Source: Eledone cirrhosa (lineage: Eukaryota). From it: a stretch of DNA of 64,000 nucleotides. This document shows positions 1 to 12,964 of this stretch, piece after piece. The stretch spans positions 9,176,001-9,240,000 of the forward strand of contig OZ024761.1 in the NCBI GenBank assembly GCA_964016885.1. Direction: 5' to 3'. Within the stretch, counting starts at the first letter, position 1. Every line of letters starts with the position of its first letter. A program made the translations under genes and the position numbers. The notes under the pieces are model-generated. The model saw only the letters and a list, made by a program, of their open reading frames with translations. It was not told the origin of the DNA and did not search any database.

Positions 1-1
1 T

Positions 2-1069
2 TCCCTCGTTCCTCAGAGCACGCGCCTTAGCTCTGACAATGCAACCTTCGTGTTTCGCATTGAAGAAATGGTCTAGTGCCATTCTCGCCGCTAGCACGTC
101 TGTTGCAATGCCACTACAAATAGCCTCGTCTAACTTAGCTATCAGCCCCTCCTCCTTTCTATTTTTCTCTATTGCTACTTCTTTGCTAAATCCTATCGAG
201 GTTGCTCTAATCTCTCTTTTGAGAGCCCCCCACCACCTGTTGTTGACAACCCCCCCTGTCAACTTTTTCTTAACTAAGTTGTTGACCCGGTCCCTGTAAG
301 CTTTACGTGCCGGAAACGACATGTTTAGCTTCCAGTAGCTAGGTCCTAACCTACGTGTCTTATCTAGGTCGACCATACAGATCACAAGCTTGTGATCTGA
401 ATAGGCAACCGTTTTAAAATGTGGACATCCTACACTATTTCTATCTCTTTTCCTAATGAAAATCCTATCTATGTACGATCTAGATGACCCTATGCGATTG
501 GTCCAGGTCCATACTGGCGCATTAGGGAAATCTAGTCGGTACCTGTCAGACAGTTGAAACTGGCTGATCAGGTACTTGAGGCTTTTGCACCCCCCGCTCC
601 TATCAGATACTCCCACACAATCCCAGCGTGCTTCTAAGATGCCATTCCAATCCCCTATTAACAGTAAAGGGCGAGACGTAAGCAGAAAGTTTTCCAGGCG
701 CCTAAAGAAGTCCGGCCGACCGGCCCCAGTAGGGGCGTAGACGGCCACCAGTCTAAAGGCACCACCTTCGCTATTGCTCACGTCCAGGACCACCAACTTT
801 CCGTCAGGATCCCGGAAGATTGACCTTACCTCGAGATCCAGACATTTCCTAAACAGCACAGCCACTCCACCTCCCATTCCCGGCCGACTAACAGATGCAA
901 AGATCTGATAATCGTCGAAAATCGGCGCCAGTGCGCGTGTGTCGGAAATTCTGGTCTCGCTGATGGCAATTACATCCATTCCTAGTGACCTGAGGTCGTT
1001 GAGCAAGTGACCTTGCTTCCAGGGCGACCCCAGGCCACGAACATTTAAACTTCCTACTCTTATGGCCAT
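2..1069 (-). CDS. LINE ORF2, N-terminal APE endonuclease domain (partial; runs off the window, absent from ORF track)
   Basis: Manual translation from ATG at 1069: MAIRVGSLNVRGLGSP...DVIAISETR...LIGDWNGIL...SRSYIDRIF...YSDHKLV...YWKLN, the canonical L1/Tx1 APE motifs in order. Confidence 0.92.
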   Translation of the reverse strand, partial: MAIRVGSLNVRGLGSPWKQGHLLNDLRSLGMDVIAISETRISDTRALAPIFDDYQIFASVSRPGMGGGVAVLFRKCLDLEVRSIFRDPDGKLVVLDVSNSEGGAFRLVAVYAPTGAGRPDFFRRLENFLLTSRPLLLIGDWNGILEARWDCVGVSDRSGGCKSLKYLISQFQLSDRYRLDFPNAPVWTWTNRIGSSRSYIDRIFIRKRDRNSVGCPHFKTVAYSDHKLVICMVDLDKTRRLGPSYWKLNMSFPARKAYRDRVNNLVKKKLTGGVVNNRWWGALKREIRATSIGFSKEVAIEKNRKEEGLIAKLDEAICSGIATDVLAARMALDHFFNAKHEGCIVRAKARALRNEG

Positions 1070-1098
1070 GCTGGCAGGATGAATGGGAGAGGAAAGGT

Positions 1099-3009
1099 TT
1101 ACTTACCTTCCGGGGTCTTGTGAAGGTCGGGTGGTTCGACCTCCATGGTTTGTGGGGTTTCTTTTGGGAACCCCTTTAATAGTCTTGACGTGGGTTTTAC
1201 GTTCGGGGTTCCCACATCCCGAGGAAAGCTCTTTCGAATTTCTTTGTATGAAACGAGCGACATTCGCATCAGAAGCAAATTATCTGGTGCGCGAAATGTG
1301 CTCGCTTCAAATGTTTCCCCCTCTTTTTCGATGTTTGTGCTTCGTGCTACATGGGCCATCAATTCCTTGTTGGCCCTTCTGGCAAGCACGAAGTTTTTAA
1401 TGTTTTGTTGCTCGGGTTTTATTTGTTCGTGTGATTGTGGTGGTGATAGCTTTGTTAGTGTTGTTTCTATTGTGTCTGCGTTTGTTGTGGGTGGGGTGTC
1501 TGTAGTTTCTGATGTTTGTGTGTCTATTTGTTCTTGTGTCTGTTTAGCTTGTTTGCGTTTGGGGGATTTTGGTGGTTGTGTTGGTGATGCTGTGGGGAAA
1601 ATGTTTGTGTGGGTGGTGTGTGTATTTTTTTTTGTGGGGGTGTTTGTGCTTTGTGGATTTCTTTTTTTTTTGTGTTTTGTTTTTTGTATTTTGGGGGACT
1701 TTGGTTTTCCCTCATCTTCACTGCTGGAGGATGAGGGGTCTGTGGCTGTGAGCGTGTTTGTGTCTGAGTGAGTGTTTATGTTCTTGTTCGTGTGTGTATT
1801 TTGGAGGGGAGGGGGAATGGGAGAGCTTTCCTCGTTTCCCCCCTGGGTGTGCAATTTTGGTGGTTCCATTGTTGACGGTGTTGCTGGTGGTCCTTGTCCC
1901 GGCGTCGCCAGCAGTGGAATCTTTCGACCCCTTGCGCTTTTCGGCAGTTGAGGGCAGAAGGCTCGCAAGTGTGTCGTTTCCCCACAAAGGAAACAATGCG
2001 GCCTTTTGCCCTCAGTCATTATATGCAACACCCTCCCGTTTTGGAGGCGGATGTGGTCCGGGATTGCTTTTACGTTTTCGGGTCTGATTTGGAGCAGTAT
2101 CTCCAGATCAACCCCGGACCAGTCGTCCCTGGCAGTTCTCGTTGCCTCTACCGGGACTGTATCCGTTCCTTCCACGATTACGCAACCCAGGAGCCACCAC
2201 ATATCAAGTCCTGGTGGAATCCTGGGAATGCGCACACGTGCTATTCGTTTTCCCATGTGGGAGGGGTACATTATGACCTTGCTGGTTTTGCAAGGGGTCA
2301 TTGAATGCTTCACAGCGAGGGCTTCAGACTTGAACAGCACCGAAACGGTGCCGTATTTCCTGCCCCTCTCTATGAAGTCTGTGTCCTCTCTGATGTATTT
2401 CAGTGCGGCTTCTATATCAGCTTGGGCGATTATCGCTGCCCTCTTTGTCTCTACTGAGATGCATCTGAAATGCACCGTTCTTTTTTCCACTGCCTCAATG
2501 GCTTCTGCCGGGACAGTTAAGTTTGCCCAGGTCTGCTCTTGATTTATGATTTTCCAGGCCTGGGCCAACTTTTCCTCTCTGTTGGTTAAGTCGATGCTGT
2601 AGCATGGTCTCCTTTTAGCCGCTGCCACAGCAGCGAAGGTGTTCTTGTTGGTGTTGTCACTGTTGTTGTTCTTGTTGGTGTTGCTGCTGCTATTGCTGTT
2701 GTTGTTCTCCCCTGTGTCGTGGTTACCCTCTGTGCTGTTGGCCTTGTTGGTGCTGTTGCTGTCGCTACTATTACTCTCTGTGCTGTTCGTTTTGTTGGTG
2801 CTCTCGCTATTACCACCTTCTGCGCTGTTCGGCTTGTTGGTGTTGGTGTTGTCACTGTTACCACCTTCCGCGCCGCTCGGCCCGTTGGTGCTGGCACTGT
2901 CGCTGCTCACACTCGTGCTGGTGGCGCTCCTCGCCTCACCTCTCCTCTCAACGCTCAAGTCGCCGTTGCACGACAGCAGACCCGCCTCTAGGGGGCGTGG
3001 CTCCGCCAT
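1099..3009 (-). CDS. LINE ORF1 (gag-like nucleic-acid-binding protein, ~636 aa)
   Basis: Long open ORF; first ATG at 3009 (MAEPRPL); CFLCGETTHLRAFC zinc knuckle; Asn/Ser-rich N-terminus and Thr/Lys/Pro-rich C-terminus; directly upstream of the APE ORF. Confidence 0.85.
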   Translation of the reverse strand: MAEPRPLEAGLLSCNGDLSVERRGEARSATSTSVSSDSASTNGPSGAEGGNSDNTNTNKPNSAEGGNSESTNKTNSTESNSSDSNSTNKANSTEGNHDTGENNNSNSSSNTNKNNNSDNTNKNTFAAVAAAKRRPCYSIDLTNREEKLAQAWKIINQEQTWANLTVPAEAIEAVEKRTVHFRCISVETKRAAIIAQADIEAALKYIREDTDFIERGRKYGTVSVLFKSEALAVKHSMTPCKTSKVIMYPSHMGKRIARVRIPRIPPGLDMWWLLGCVIVEGTDTVPVEATRTARDDWSGVDLEILLQIRPENVKAIPDHIRLQNGRVLHIMTEGKRPHCFLCGETTHLRAFCPQLPKSARGRKIPLLATPGQGPPATPSTMEPPKLHTQGGNEESSPIPPPLQNTHTNKNINTHSDTNTLTATDPSSSSSEDEGKPKSPKIQKTKHKKKRNPQSTNTPTKKNTHTTHTNIFPTASPTQPPKSPKRKQAKQTQEQIDTQTSETTDTPPTTNADTIETTLTKLSPPQSHEQIKPEQQNIKNFVLARRANKELMAHVARSTNIEKEGETFEASTFRAPDNLLLMRMSLVSYKEIRKSFPRDVGTPNVKPTSRLLKGFPKETPQTMEVEPPDLHKTPEGK

Positions 3010-3220
3010 GTTTTTTTGAGAAAAAAAATTATTATTTTTTCCAAAATAAAGTTCAAATATTTGGGCCAAAAGGCCCAAATATTATAAGTTTTTCCTTCAC
3101 AGGATACAAATGAATGTCTTATAATGCTTCAGCGGTACAAAAAATAAACAATTCTCTACAATTAATCCTCAAAAAATTGCTTACTCACGGAGCTTCAAAA
3201 AACGTACATCCACTTTCGTC

Positions 3221-3253
<33 letters not shown>
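3221..3253. repeat. (AAT)n microsatellite, tail/target between two Tx1-like elements
   Basis: Direct reading; follows AATAAAGAAATC on the minus strand. Confidence 0.9.
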
Positions 3254-3255
<2 letters not shown>

Positions 3256-4110
3256 TTTCTTTATTAACCACAAGGGTTTACATAAAGTAGACATTAAGGA
3301 CAATACAGGGCGGTACAAATGGGCATTTCTGCGTGTAAAAAAACAAGAAACAGAGGATGTAATAATAGAACAATGAACAAAATTCCCCAATAGGGGGCAG
3401 ACTTCCGAGGGTCATCGTGGTGAAAGCCCATTAAAAAAAGCCACGGTGACCCTGACCACCAGGGCAAGTGTCCTCTCCCAGTTTTCCACCTTCAATTTAC
3501 AGGCATATACTCAGAGTAGGTCCATTCATTCGGGCCATTCTTGCCTCTCTCACACATCTTTCAACAAAAAAGCTGGGAAGAGAGCACTTCCCTCTCTACC
3601 CTGATTTTCCTTTTCAAATGAAATTGGAAAAAGTTAATCAGGGCATCACCTAAGAGGTAAGTGCTCGTCTTCAGCCCTTTCAGACGCGTCCACCATACTA
3701 TCTCTTTCGTCATGGCCACCAGACAGATAAAAACTGCCTGCCCTTCCCGGCTAAAGGAAGAGGGCGGGGCAATCCTCATGATGGACTCAGCTGATAGTCG
3801 GATCCGTTCTACACGCGACAGCAGGTGTTCGACATAAACCCACAAGTCAGCAATGCTCGGACACTGGACCAGTGCGTGCAGGACGGTTTCGTCGCCCTGC
3901 GCGCATCTCGGACATGCCCGGCTGACGGCCCCTCCATGCCTGTAAAGTTTATCCCGAACTGGCAAAGCTCCTCAGTAGCACTGCCAGGCCAGGGATTTCT
4001 GGAAGTTATCCATAGGCCCCGGCCCGAAAGTTCTTCCAAAGAGATTGGCTAGTTGATTTTCGTCAACGCCTAGAGTTTCCCCAAGTACGTCGTCGCTCTT
4101 CCCCTCCACT
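3254..4110 (-). pseudogene. 5'-truncated Tx1-like LINE: ORF2 C-terminal zinc-finger region plus 3'UTR
   Basis: MDNFQKSLAWQCY*GALPVRDKL...CPRCAQGDETVLHALVQC; homologous to the 4538-5890 ORF; premature stop and terminal frameshift; AATAAA before the (ATT)n tail. Confidence 0.88.
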
Positions 4111-4121
4111 ATATATTCATA

Positions 4122-4286
4122 TATAACTTCATCCCGGGTTCAATCGGGGGTAACCACAGTAACTAAGGTACTCAATACATAGCAGAGTGTAAATATTTAA
4201 TATAGAAATGGCTTCTACAAGACTAGAACTGTTTCATTCGGCAGAAATCACCAGGAGTTCTAGTCCTGTAGAATCCATTTCTATAT

Positions 4287-4290
<4 letters not shown>
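4122..4290 (-). mobile_element. Short PLE-type fold-back insertion (family C) with hammerhead core in the loop
   Basis: Arms ~4201-4230 and ~4256-4285 are inverted; the minus strand reads CTGGTGA TTTC TGCC GAAT GAAA CAG; homologous to 17660-17796 and 20124-20256. Confidence 0.7.
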
Positions 4291-4339
<49 letters not shown>

Positions 4340-4456
4340 CTCTCTCTCTCTCTCCCTCTCCCTCTCTCTCTCTATATATATAGCTCTGTAGCCTACATAG
4401 AGCACTCTCCTTCCCTTTACCTTTCCTAAGGAAATAATATATATATATATATATTA

Positions 4457-4497
<41 letters not shown>

Positions 4498-4537
4498 TAT
4501 ATATATGTGTGTATGTGTGTATCTATCTATCTATCTG

Positions 4538-6152
4538 TCGACGGCCTCCGAAATCGAGGCGGTCGGCACCTTACTGGAGGAGTACGAAAAGTTCACAGGG
4601 GCTAAGCTGAACCGGGACAAGTCGATCGGTTTGCAACTCGGCACGTGGAGGGGCAGACCGATGCCCTCCGATGGCGTCGTCGGACGCTGGACGGAGGGCC
4701 CGGTGAAGTTGCTCGGGGTCTGGTTCGGACCGGACCTCCAGGTGGAGAAAAACTGGGCGGAGGTTACGAACAGGGTGTTTGCACTGACCCAGAAGTGGGC
4801 CAGTTGCAAACTATCCTTGAAAGGTCGGGCGGAGGTGGCGAACACCTACATAGCGTCCGTCATCTACTACCGCCTGTCCGTAGTGCCCTGCCCAAGGGAA
4901 ACCCTCACCAAGATGGAGCGCGCGCTCTTCCAATTCCTTTGGAAGAGGCGGGCTCCTATGAGGAGATCCATCTGCTGTCAACACCCTTCGAAAGGAGGGC
5001 TGGGGATGCCGTGGCTAATGATGCGTAAACACGCATTAAGGCTACGGCACCTCTACGTATTCCTCACCGGACAACCGGTGTGGGCCTCGTTTGTGAGACG
5101 AACCTTTCCCAGACTCGTCTCACTCACCGAGCTGCAATCCTGGGTCAAGCAAAGACCGAGAAAACTGGGCGCCTGGCACACCGAGTGTGCCCAGGCGCTC
5201 ACCGCCCTCTGGCAGGCGGATCCGGTTATCAGTGGAGACTCCACCGCAACATTCTATAGAGGGCTGGTACGCAGCAGGTGCGACGACGCCCTCGGAGAAG
5301 CCCTAGACATGGAGGAGGACGAACTGGCCAGCCTGTTCGGTAGGACATTCAGCCCGGGACCTATGGACAACTTCCAGAAGTCCCTGGCCTGGCAGTGCTA
5401 CCGAGGGGCTTTACCCGTTCGAGAAAGGCTCTACAGACACGGGCGCCCGGGTAGGGACCCCGCCAAAAAGATCTGTCCCAGATGCGTGTGCGACGAGGAA
5501 ACCGTTGCACACGCATTGGTACACTGCTCGGGCGTAGCCGATCTGTGGGGCTATGTCGAACAACTGCTGTCAAGGGTGGGACCGATCCGGTTGACCACCG
5601 AGTCTATTGTAATGATCAAGCCGCCTCCCCCCTTCAAAGATGAAGCAGAGGCGGTGTTTCTGTGCGTAATAGCCATGGCGAAAGAGGTTGTATGGTGGAC
5701 GCGTCTGAAAGGACTGAGGTCAGACACCGTTCTCTCTGGCCAACAACTGGTCCGTTTCTTCCGATATCATTTCGGAAGAAGGATCAGGATGGAGAGAGAG
5801 GTGCTGCACCCCAGCCGTTTCTATGAAAGATGGGTGAAAGTGGCGAGAATGGCCCGTGTGAATGGGCCTTCACTCTACATCAGACTATAGGTGAGGAAGA
5901 TGAAAGACCAAGGGAGCACCCCTTCTCTGTGCTCCTGGGGAGAAGGGTTGCACACTTTTTTCGGGGGTGTGTGCGACCCCCCAAGGCGCCTCCTCTCTAT
6001 TGAGGATTTTGTTAAAATTTTATTTTTTCTTATATCTTATTTTATTTTTATATTTTGTTATTGCCTCCTCCTTATTGAGGACGCCTTTTTGTGTAAACTC
6101 CCCCCTTTGTAGTTGTCCCACTTTTGATGCCCTAGTGGCAAATAAAAGAAAC
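4538..6152 (+). mobile_element. 5'-truncated Tx1-like LINE (ORF2 from end of RT to C-terminal zinc finger, open to 5890; 3'UTR)
   Basis: YEKFTGAKLNRDKS, VKLLGVWFG, LSLKGRAEVAN, SKGGLGMP, CPRCVCDEETVAHALVHC; AATAAA near 6141; flanked by ATCT repeats. Confidence 0.9.
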
Positions 6153-6159
6153 ATATCTA

Positions 6160-6211
<52 letters not shown>

Positions 6212-6215
6212 TATA

Positions 6216-6271
<56 letters not shown>

Positions 6272-6295
6272 TACATATATACACTCACACACACA

Positions 6296-6342
<47 letters not shown>

Positions 6343-6609
6343 TGTTATCGATCCTAATCAAAACGATACAAAAGCCAAACACAAAGAAACAGAAATAAAG
6401 CAAGGTTTAGTTGATTAACCAATTACCTATAAAAGATCGATAAATTCCAAAGTATTGGTAATGTATCCCAATATATTGGTAACATGTTTACCGATTGATT
6501 AGCTCTTAGTTTTGTATTAGAAAAGTGTGCTAGAGTAGGCTTTAAAATATAATTTAGTTTGGAATTCATGGAGAAACTTCTATCAATCGACATTCGATTA
6601 ACCTAATTG

Positions 6610-8676
<2,067 letters not shown>

Positions 8677-8969
8677 TAAAAACGAATAACGAAACGAAAT
8701 TAAATTTCGTTTCGCTTCTAACTCACTTTTGTATGACTGACGCTTAAACAATTAAGTTAAAGTGTACATCTATATATGCATACGGAAGTATTAGTATGCA
8801 TATAAATATGCATATGTATACATATGTACATGTACCGAGTTTTTCACTAGACACTTTACAGTGAGTGTCCAGCTAGTCTGTATGTAAGCAAACAGACGAA
8901 CAGGGTTTTAAAGTCATACGAGTTTTCAAGGAAACACATTTCCTCTATTCTCCAGAGAGCCAGACAGGA

Positions 8970-9012
8970 ATATTGGACTAGTTTCGATGTTATTACATCT
9001 CATCAGCAATAT
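8970..9012 (-). ncRNA. Minimal type I hammerhead ribozyme (family A)
   Basis: Reverse complement of 9917-9959. Confidence 0.88.
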
Positions 9013-9916
9013 ATACCTATCTTTCCGGCTTCTCTGGAGAACTGTAAATGCACATATCGTTATATGCTTTTGCTATGAAAATCAGTAGTGGGCAGACTAA
9101 TTTGCATAGAACGTGAGTCATTGTACGCACCGGTCCAGCGGAAACGATAAAAACGAATAACGAAACGAAATTAAATTTCGTTTCGCTTCTAACTCACTTT
9201 TGTATGACTGACGCTTAAACAATTAAGTTAAAGTGTACATCTATATATGTATACGGAAGTATTAGTATGCATATAAATACGCATATGTATACATATGTAC
9301 ATGTACCGAGTTTTTCACTAGACACTTTACAGTGAGTGTCCAGCTAGTCTGTATGTAAGCAAACAGACGAACAGGGTTTTAAAGTCATACGAGTTTTCAA
9401 GGAAACACATTTCCTCTATTCTCCAGAGAGCCAGACAGGAATATTGGACTAGTGATGAGATGTAATAACATCGAAACTAGTCCAATATTCCTGTCTGGCT
9501 CTCTGGAGAATAGAGGAAATGTGTTTCCTTGAAAACTCGTATGACTTTAAAACCCTGTTCGTCTGTTTGCTTACATACAGACTAGCTGGACACTCACTGT
9601 AAAGTGTCTAGTGAAAAACTCGGTACATGTACATATGTATACATATGCGTATTTATATGCATACTAATACTTCCGTATACATATATAGATGTACACTTTA
9701 ACTTAATTGTTTAAGCGTCAGTCATACAAAAGTGAGTTAGAAGCGAAACGAAATTTAATTTCGTTTCGTTATTCGTTTTTATCGTTTCCGCTGAACCGGT
9801 GCGTACACTGACTCATGTTCTATGCAAATTAGTCTGCCCACTACTGATTTTCATAGAAAAAGCATATAACGATATGTGCTTTTACAATTCTCCAGAGAAG
9901 CCGGAAAGATAGGTAT

Positions 9917-9959
9917 ATATTGCTGATGAGATGTAATAACATCGAAACTAGTCCAATAT
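9917..9959 (+). ncRNA. Minimal type I hammerhead ribozyme (family A)
   Basis: ATATTG-CTGATGA-GATGT AATA ACATC-GAAA-CTAG-TC^CAATAT: stem I 6 bp, stem II 5 bp, palindromic stem III ACTAGT, GUC site (cut after 9953). Confidence 0.9.
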
Positions 9960-10215
9960 TCCTGTCTGGCTCTCTGGAGAATAGAGAAAATGTGTTTCCT
10001 TGAAAACTCGTATGACTTTAAAACCCGGTTCGTCTGTTTGCTTACATACAGACTAGCTGGACACTCACTGTAAAGTGTCTAGTGAAAAACTCGGTACATG
10101 TACATATGTATACATATGCGTATTTATATGAATACTAATACTTCCGTATACATATATAGATGTAAACTTTAACTTAATTGTATATATAATATACATATAT
10201 ATATATATAATATAT

Positions 10216-10269
<54 letters not shown>

Positions 10270-10270
10270 T

Positions 10271-10336
<66 letters not shown>

Positions 10337-11027
10337 CAAAGCTACGTAACAAACTTTCTAGACGCTGACACGTGAAGAACGCTTTTCTTTTAAATAAAAT
10401 CTTTACAAAAGAATATTTCTGCAACATGGCCGAATTTCGATGTCGGCTGCTTTTCAGTAAATACTAGTTGAGTATCTTTACGTACAGTCAGAGTCATTGA
10501 TTGATTTCTTGCCTTCGATTCCCCAATGGCGAATGCTGAAATATATTCCAGTCACGATGTAAATGTTAATAGTAGCATTTCTCTGGAGAATACACCAATG
10601 AAAGCTCAAACTATAGAAAACTAGTTGAAATTTTCTGGTCACATTTCCTCGTTTTTCCAGCCACATAAGCAGAGTTAGTTCCCACTAATGACTCCCTTCT
10701 CCTGTCATGGCTGCAATTGGTTAAATTCTTCCTCACAGACAACCATCACATTTTAGAAAGCGTAACAACAGCAGTAACAACAATGAAGAATGAAGAGGAG
10801 GTGGAGGAGGAGAAGAAGAAGAAGAAGAAAGGGCATATGGAATACATTTACGATAGAAACTTTTATAGAAAGATGAGGCTGTTCCAACTACAATATATAG
10901 ATGGCCCAGGTGTATGTATATCTGTATGTGTATGTATATATATATATCTATGTGTGTGTATGTGCGTGTGTGTGTGTGGTGTGTATAAATATAAATATAT
11001 GTGTGTGTGTATATAACTATATAAATA

Positions 11028-11100
<73 letters not shown>

Positions 11101-11192
11101 GTATATAAATATATATGTGTGTATATATATATATATAGATATATAAATGTATATAAATATATAAATATGTATATATATATATATATATATAT

Positions 11193-11385
11193 AACGAAGG
11201 AAATGTGGTAAGGAACCAGGTGGACCATAACGCACCAAAGTACTCAATACTTGAGGTAGTAGAGTGGGTAATAGGAACCAGTAAGACCCCGACAGCTGAG
11301 CTCAAGCCGTTTCGACGGCTAATTCTGTCCAGAATTAGCCGTCGAAACGGCTTGAGCTCAGCTGTCGGGGTCTTACTGGTTCCTA
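11193..11385. mobile_element. Family G fold-back with 3' half of a hammerhead; further copies at 23828-23892, 31015-31209, 43289-43494, 47886-48000, 50925-51005, 53650-53855, 54448-54503, 56945-57136, 57400-57460, 61948-62141
   Basis: Recurrent ...TAGCCGTC GAAA CGGCT TGAGCTC AGCCG TC^GGGGTC with an inverted copy, plus a one-sided ~75-nt tail, embedded in (TA)n. Confidence 0.8.
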
Positions 11386-11409
11386 TATATATATATATAT
11401 ATATATATA

Positions 11410-11881
11410 AATCAGGAAAGAAGAGTGACACGGTTTGCTATACAAAAAAGGTTTTTAATCTCATTGCTGACAATTGTTTCTCTGAACTGGTAGGTCTAGA
11501 GATCGCTATTCGCTTATTTTCACGTCATTCGATCACCAATACATAGTTGTAACCAGTCAATTCATGGGAGCTTGTGAGAATGAAAGGAATATACAGGCAT
11601 GGCTACTATATATAGTAGTAATGGCATTCAATCAGAACAATAACAACAATACTAACAATGCTAGCAATAAATTATTTGAAATAATCACAACATCAATCTA
11701 GGTGGGAAGTATAGTATATCTACGATTTTAGCGTGTAAAACAAGCTCCGATGAATTGACTGGTTACAACTATGTATTGGTGATCGAATGACGTGAAAACA
11801 AGCGGGTAGCGATCTCTAGACCTACCAGTTCAGAGAAACAATTGTCAGCAATGAGATTAAAAACCTTTTTTGTATAGCAAA

Positions 11882-11883
<2 letters not shown>
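11410..11883. mobile_element. Family E fold-back (arms ~11410-11574 and ~11741-11883) with extended-stem-II hammerhead at 11744-11849 (+)
   Basis: Inverted arms; GCT-CCGATGA...GAAA CAATTG TC^AGC; homologous to 63257-63470. Confidence 0.75.
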
Positions 11884-11965
<82 letters not shown>

Positions 11966-12086
11966 TTTGCTATCCCTTGACCTGCTGCAAAATAAACACA
12001 AGCTAATTTTGCGAGCAATGAACCTTGATGTGGATTTAACCCCCAAAACTCTTTCCGAGCAATATAAGGAACACTTTTCATTATTT

Positions 12087-12127
12087 ATGCCCTTGAGAAG
12101 CCCAACTGGGCGAAACGTACGTAGGTG
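12087..12127 (+). ncRNA. Type I hammerhead, U3-A8 core variant
   Basis: CC-TTGAGAA-GCCCA AC TGGGC-GAAA-CGTACG-TA^GG; palindromic stem III ACGTACGT; stem I weak. Confidence 0.6.
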
Positions 12128-12182
12128 CTGTTTAAAATAAACATGTTTTAACGGTCTATTCTCCGATTTTTACTTTCCCACG

Positions 12183-12216
<34 letters not shown>

Positions 12217-12409
12217 GAGAAGAAAGAAGAATACTGCGTGGTTGCACATGGGTTACATATGATAAAAATAGTCCTTCGTCAGTGATTCTTCCAACCTTCA
12301 TTGGTATTTCATCGCATTAAAAATCATATACCTCAGGTTGGTGCGAGGAATAGCTAAATAAAGCTATTGGGACCAGTAAATCGCGTAAAGCAAGTGGGAC
12401 AAGTAAACA

Positions 12410-12465
<56 letters not shown>

Positions 12466-12467
<2 letters not shown>

Positions 12468-12820
12468 GATATTAAACAAATGGAAACTATATTTATAAAA
12501 CCATATTTATTTCATTATACATATTTCGGGGATACCATATTAAAAATATGGCATGCCTTCTTCAGATAAAATACAATATATAAACAGTTTTATAAATAAT
12601 TTTGACGTACCATAAATATTGAGCAACCTTTATGTAACCTTTATGTAAGAAGCTGGAAATGGTATCCCCGAAATATGTATAATGAAATAAATATCGTTTT
12701 ATAAATATAGTTTCCATTTGTTTAATATCGTATATCTACTCCAAAACTTGTCGAGTGCTTTATATCAGTTATAAAATATTTACTTGTTGTAACCCAACAA
12801 TTCTAAATAAAACTTTTGCA
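12466..12820. mobile_element. Family D PLE-type fold-back with hammerhead (12508-12573, minus); other copies 16845-17110, 19237-19620, 34125-34562, 53110-53545
   Basis: TATTTTAT-CTGA(A/T)GA-long stem II-GAAA-TAT(G/A)TA-TA^ATGAAATA; inverted arms and one-sided tail. Confidence 0.8.
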
Positions 12821-12964
12821 TATATATATATATATTATATATATATATATATAAATATATATATATAACATAAAAGCTAAAATGGCTGAAAACCACCTAA
12901 TGCAAATTCTGAATAATTGTGGGAGAGAATTCAACTGAAGTGGTGCCTCGTTAGTACAATACTG

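Larger units (their letters stand above)
1..3220 (-). mobile_element. Tx1/L1-clade non-LTR retrotransposon, 5' part (5'UTR, ORF1, start of ORF2), continues beyond the left edge
   Basis: Two tandem minus-strand ORFs separated by 29 nt: gag-like ORF1 with CCHC knuckle, then APE endonuclease. The 5' end abuts the (ATT)n tail of the neighbouring element. Confidence 0.9.
8677..10181. mobile_element. Family A: non-coding 471-nt tandem monomer with hammerhead, arranged as a 1.5-kb fold-back (retrozyme-like / non-autonomous PLE)
   Basis: Direct repeat period 471 (AACGAATAAC at 8681 and 9152; GATGAGATG at 9454 and 9925); left arm 8677-9453 inverted against right arm 9476-10181; (TA)n on both sides; no ORF. 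Confidence 0.85.

Noticed and set aside
39-3019. Plus-strand and alternative-frame ORFs overlapping LINE ORF1/ORF2
   Set aside because: Shadows of the low-complexity ORF1; no motifs.
10717-11016. ORF with acidic/basic run [16 protein letters not shown] as a possible host exon
   Set aside because: Derived from GAG/AAG triplet repeats; no supportable splice structure or homology.
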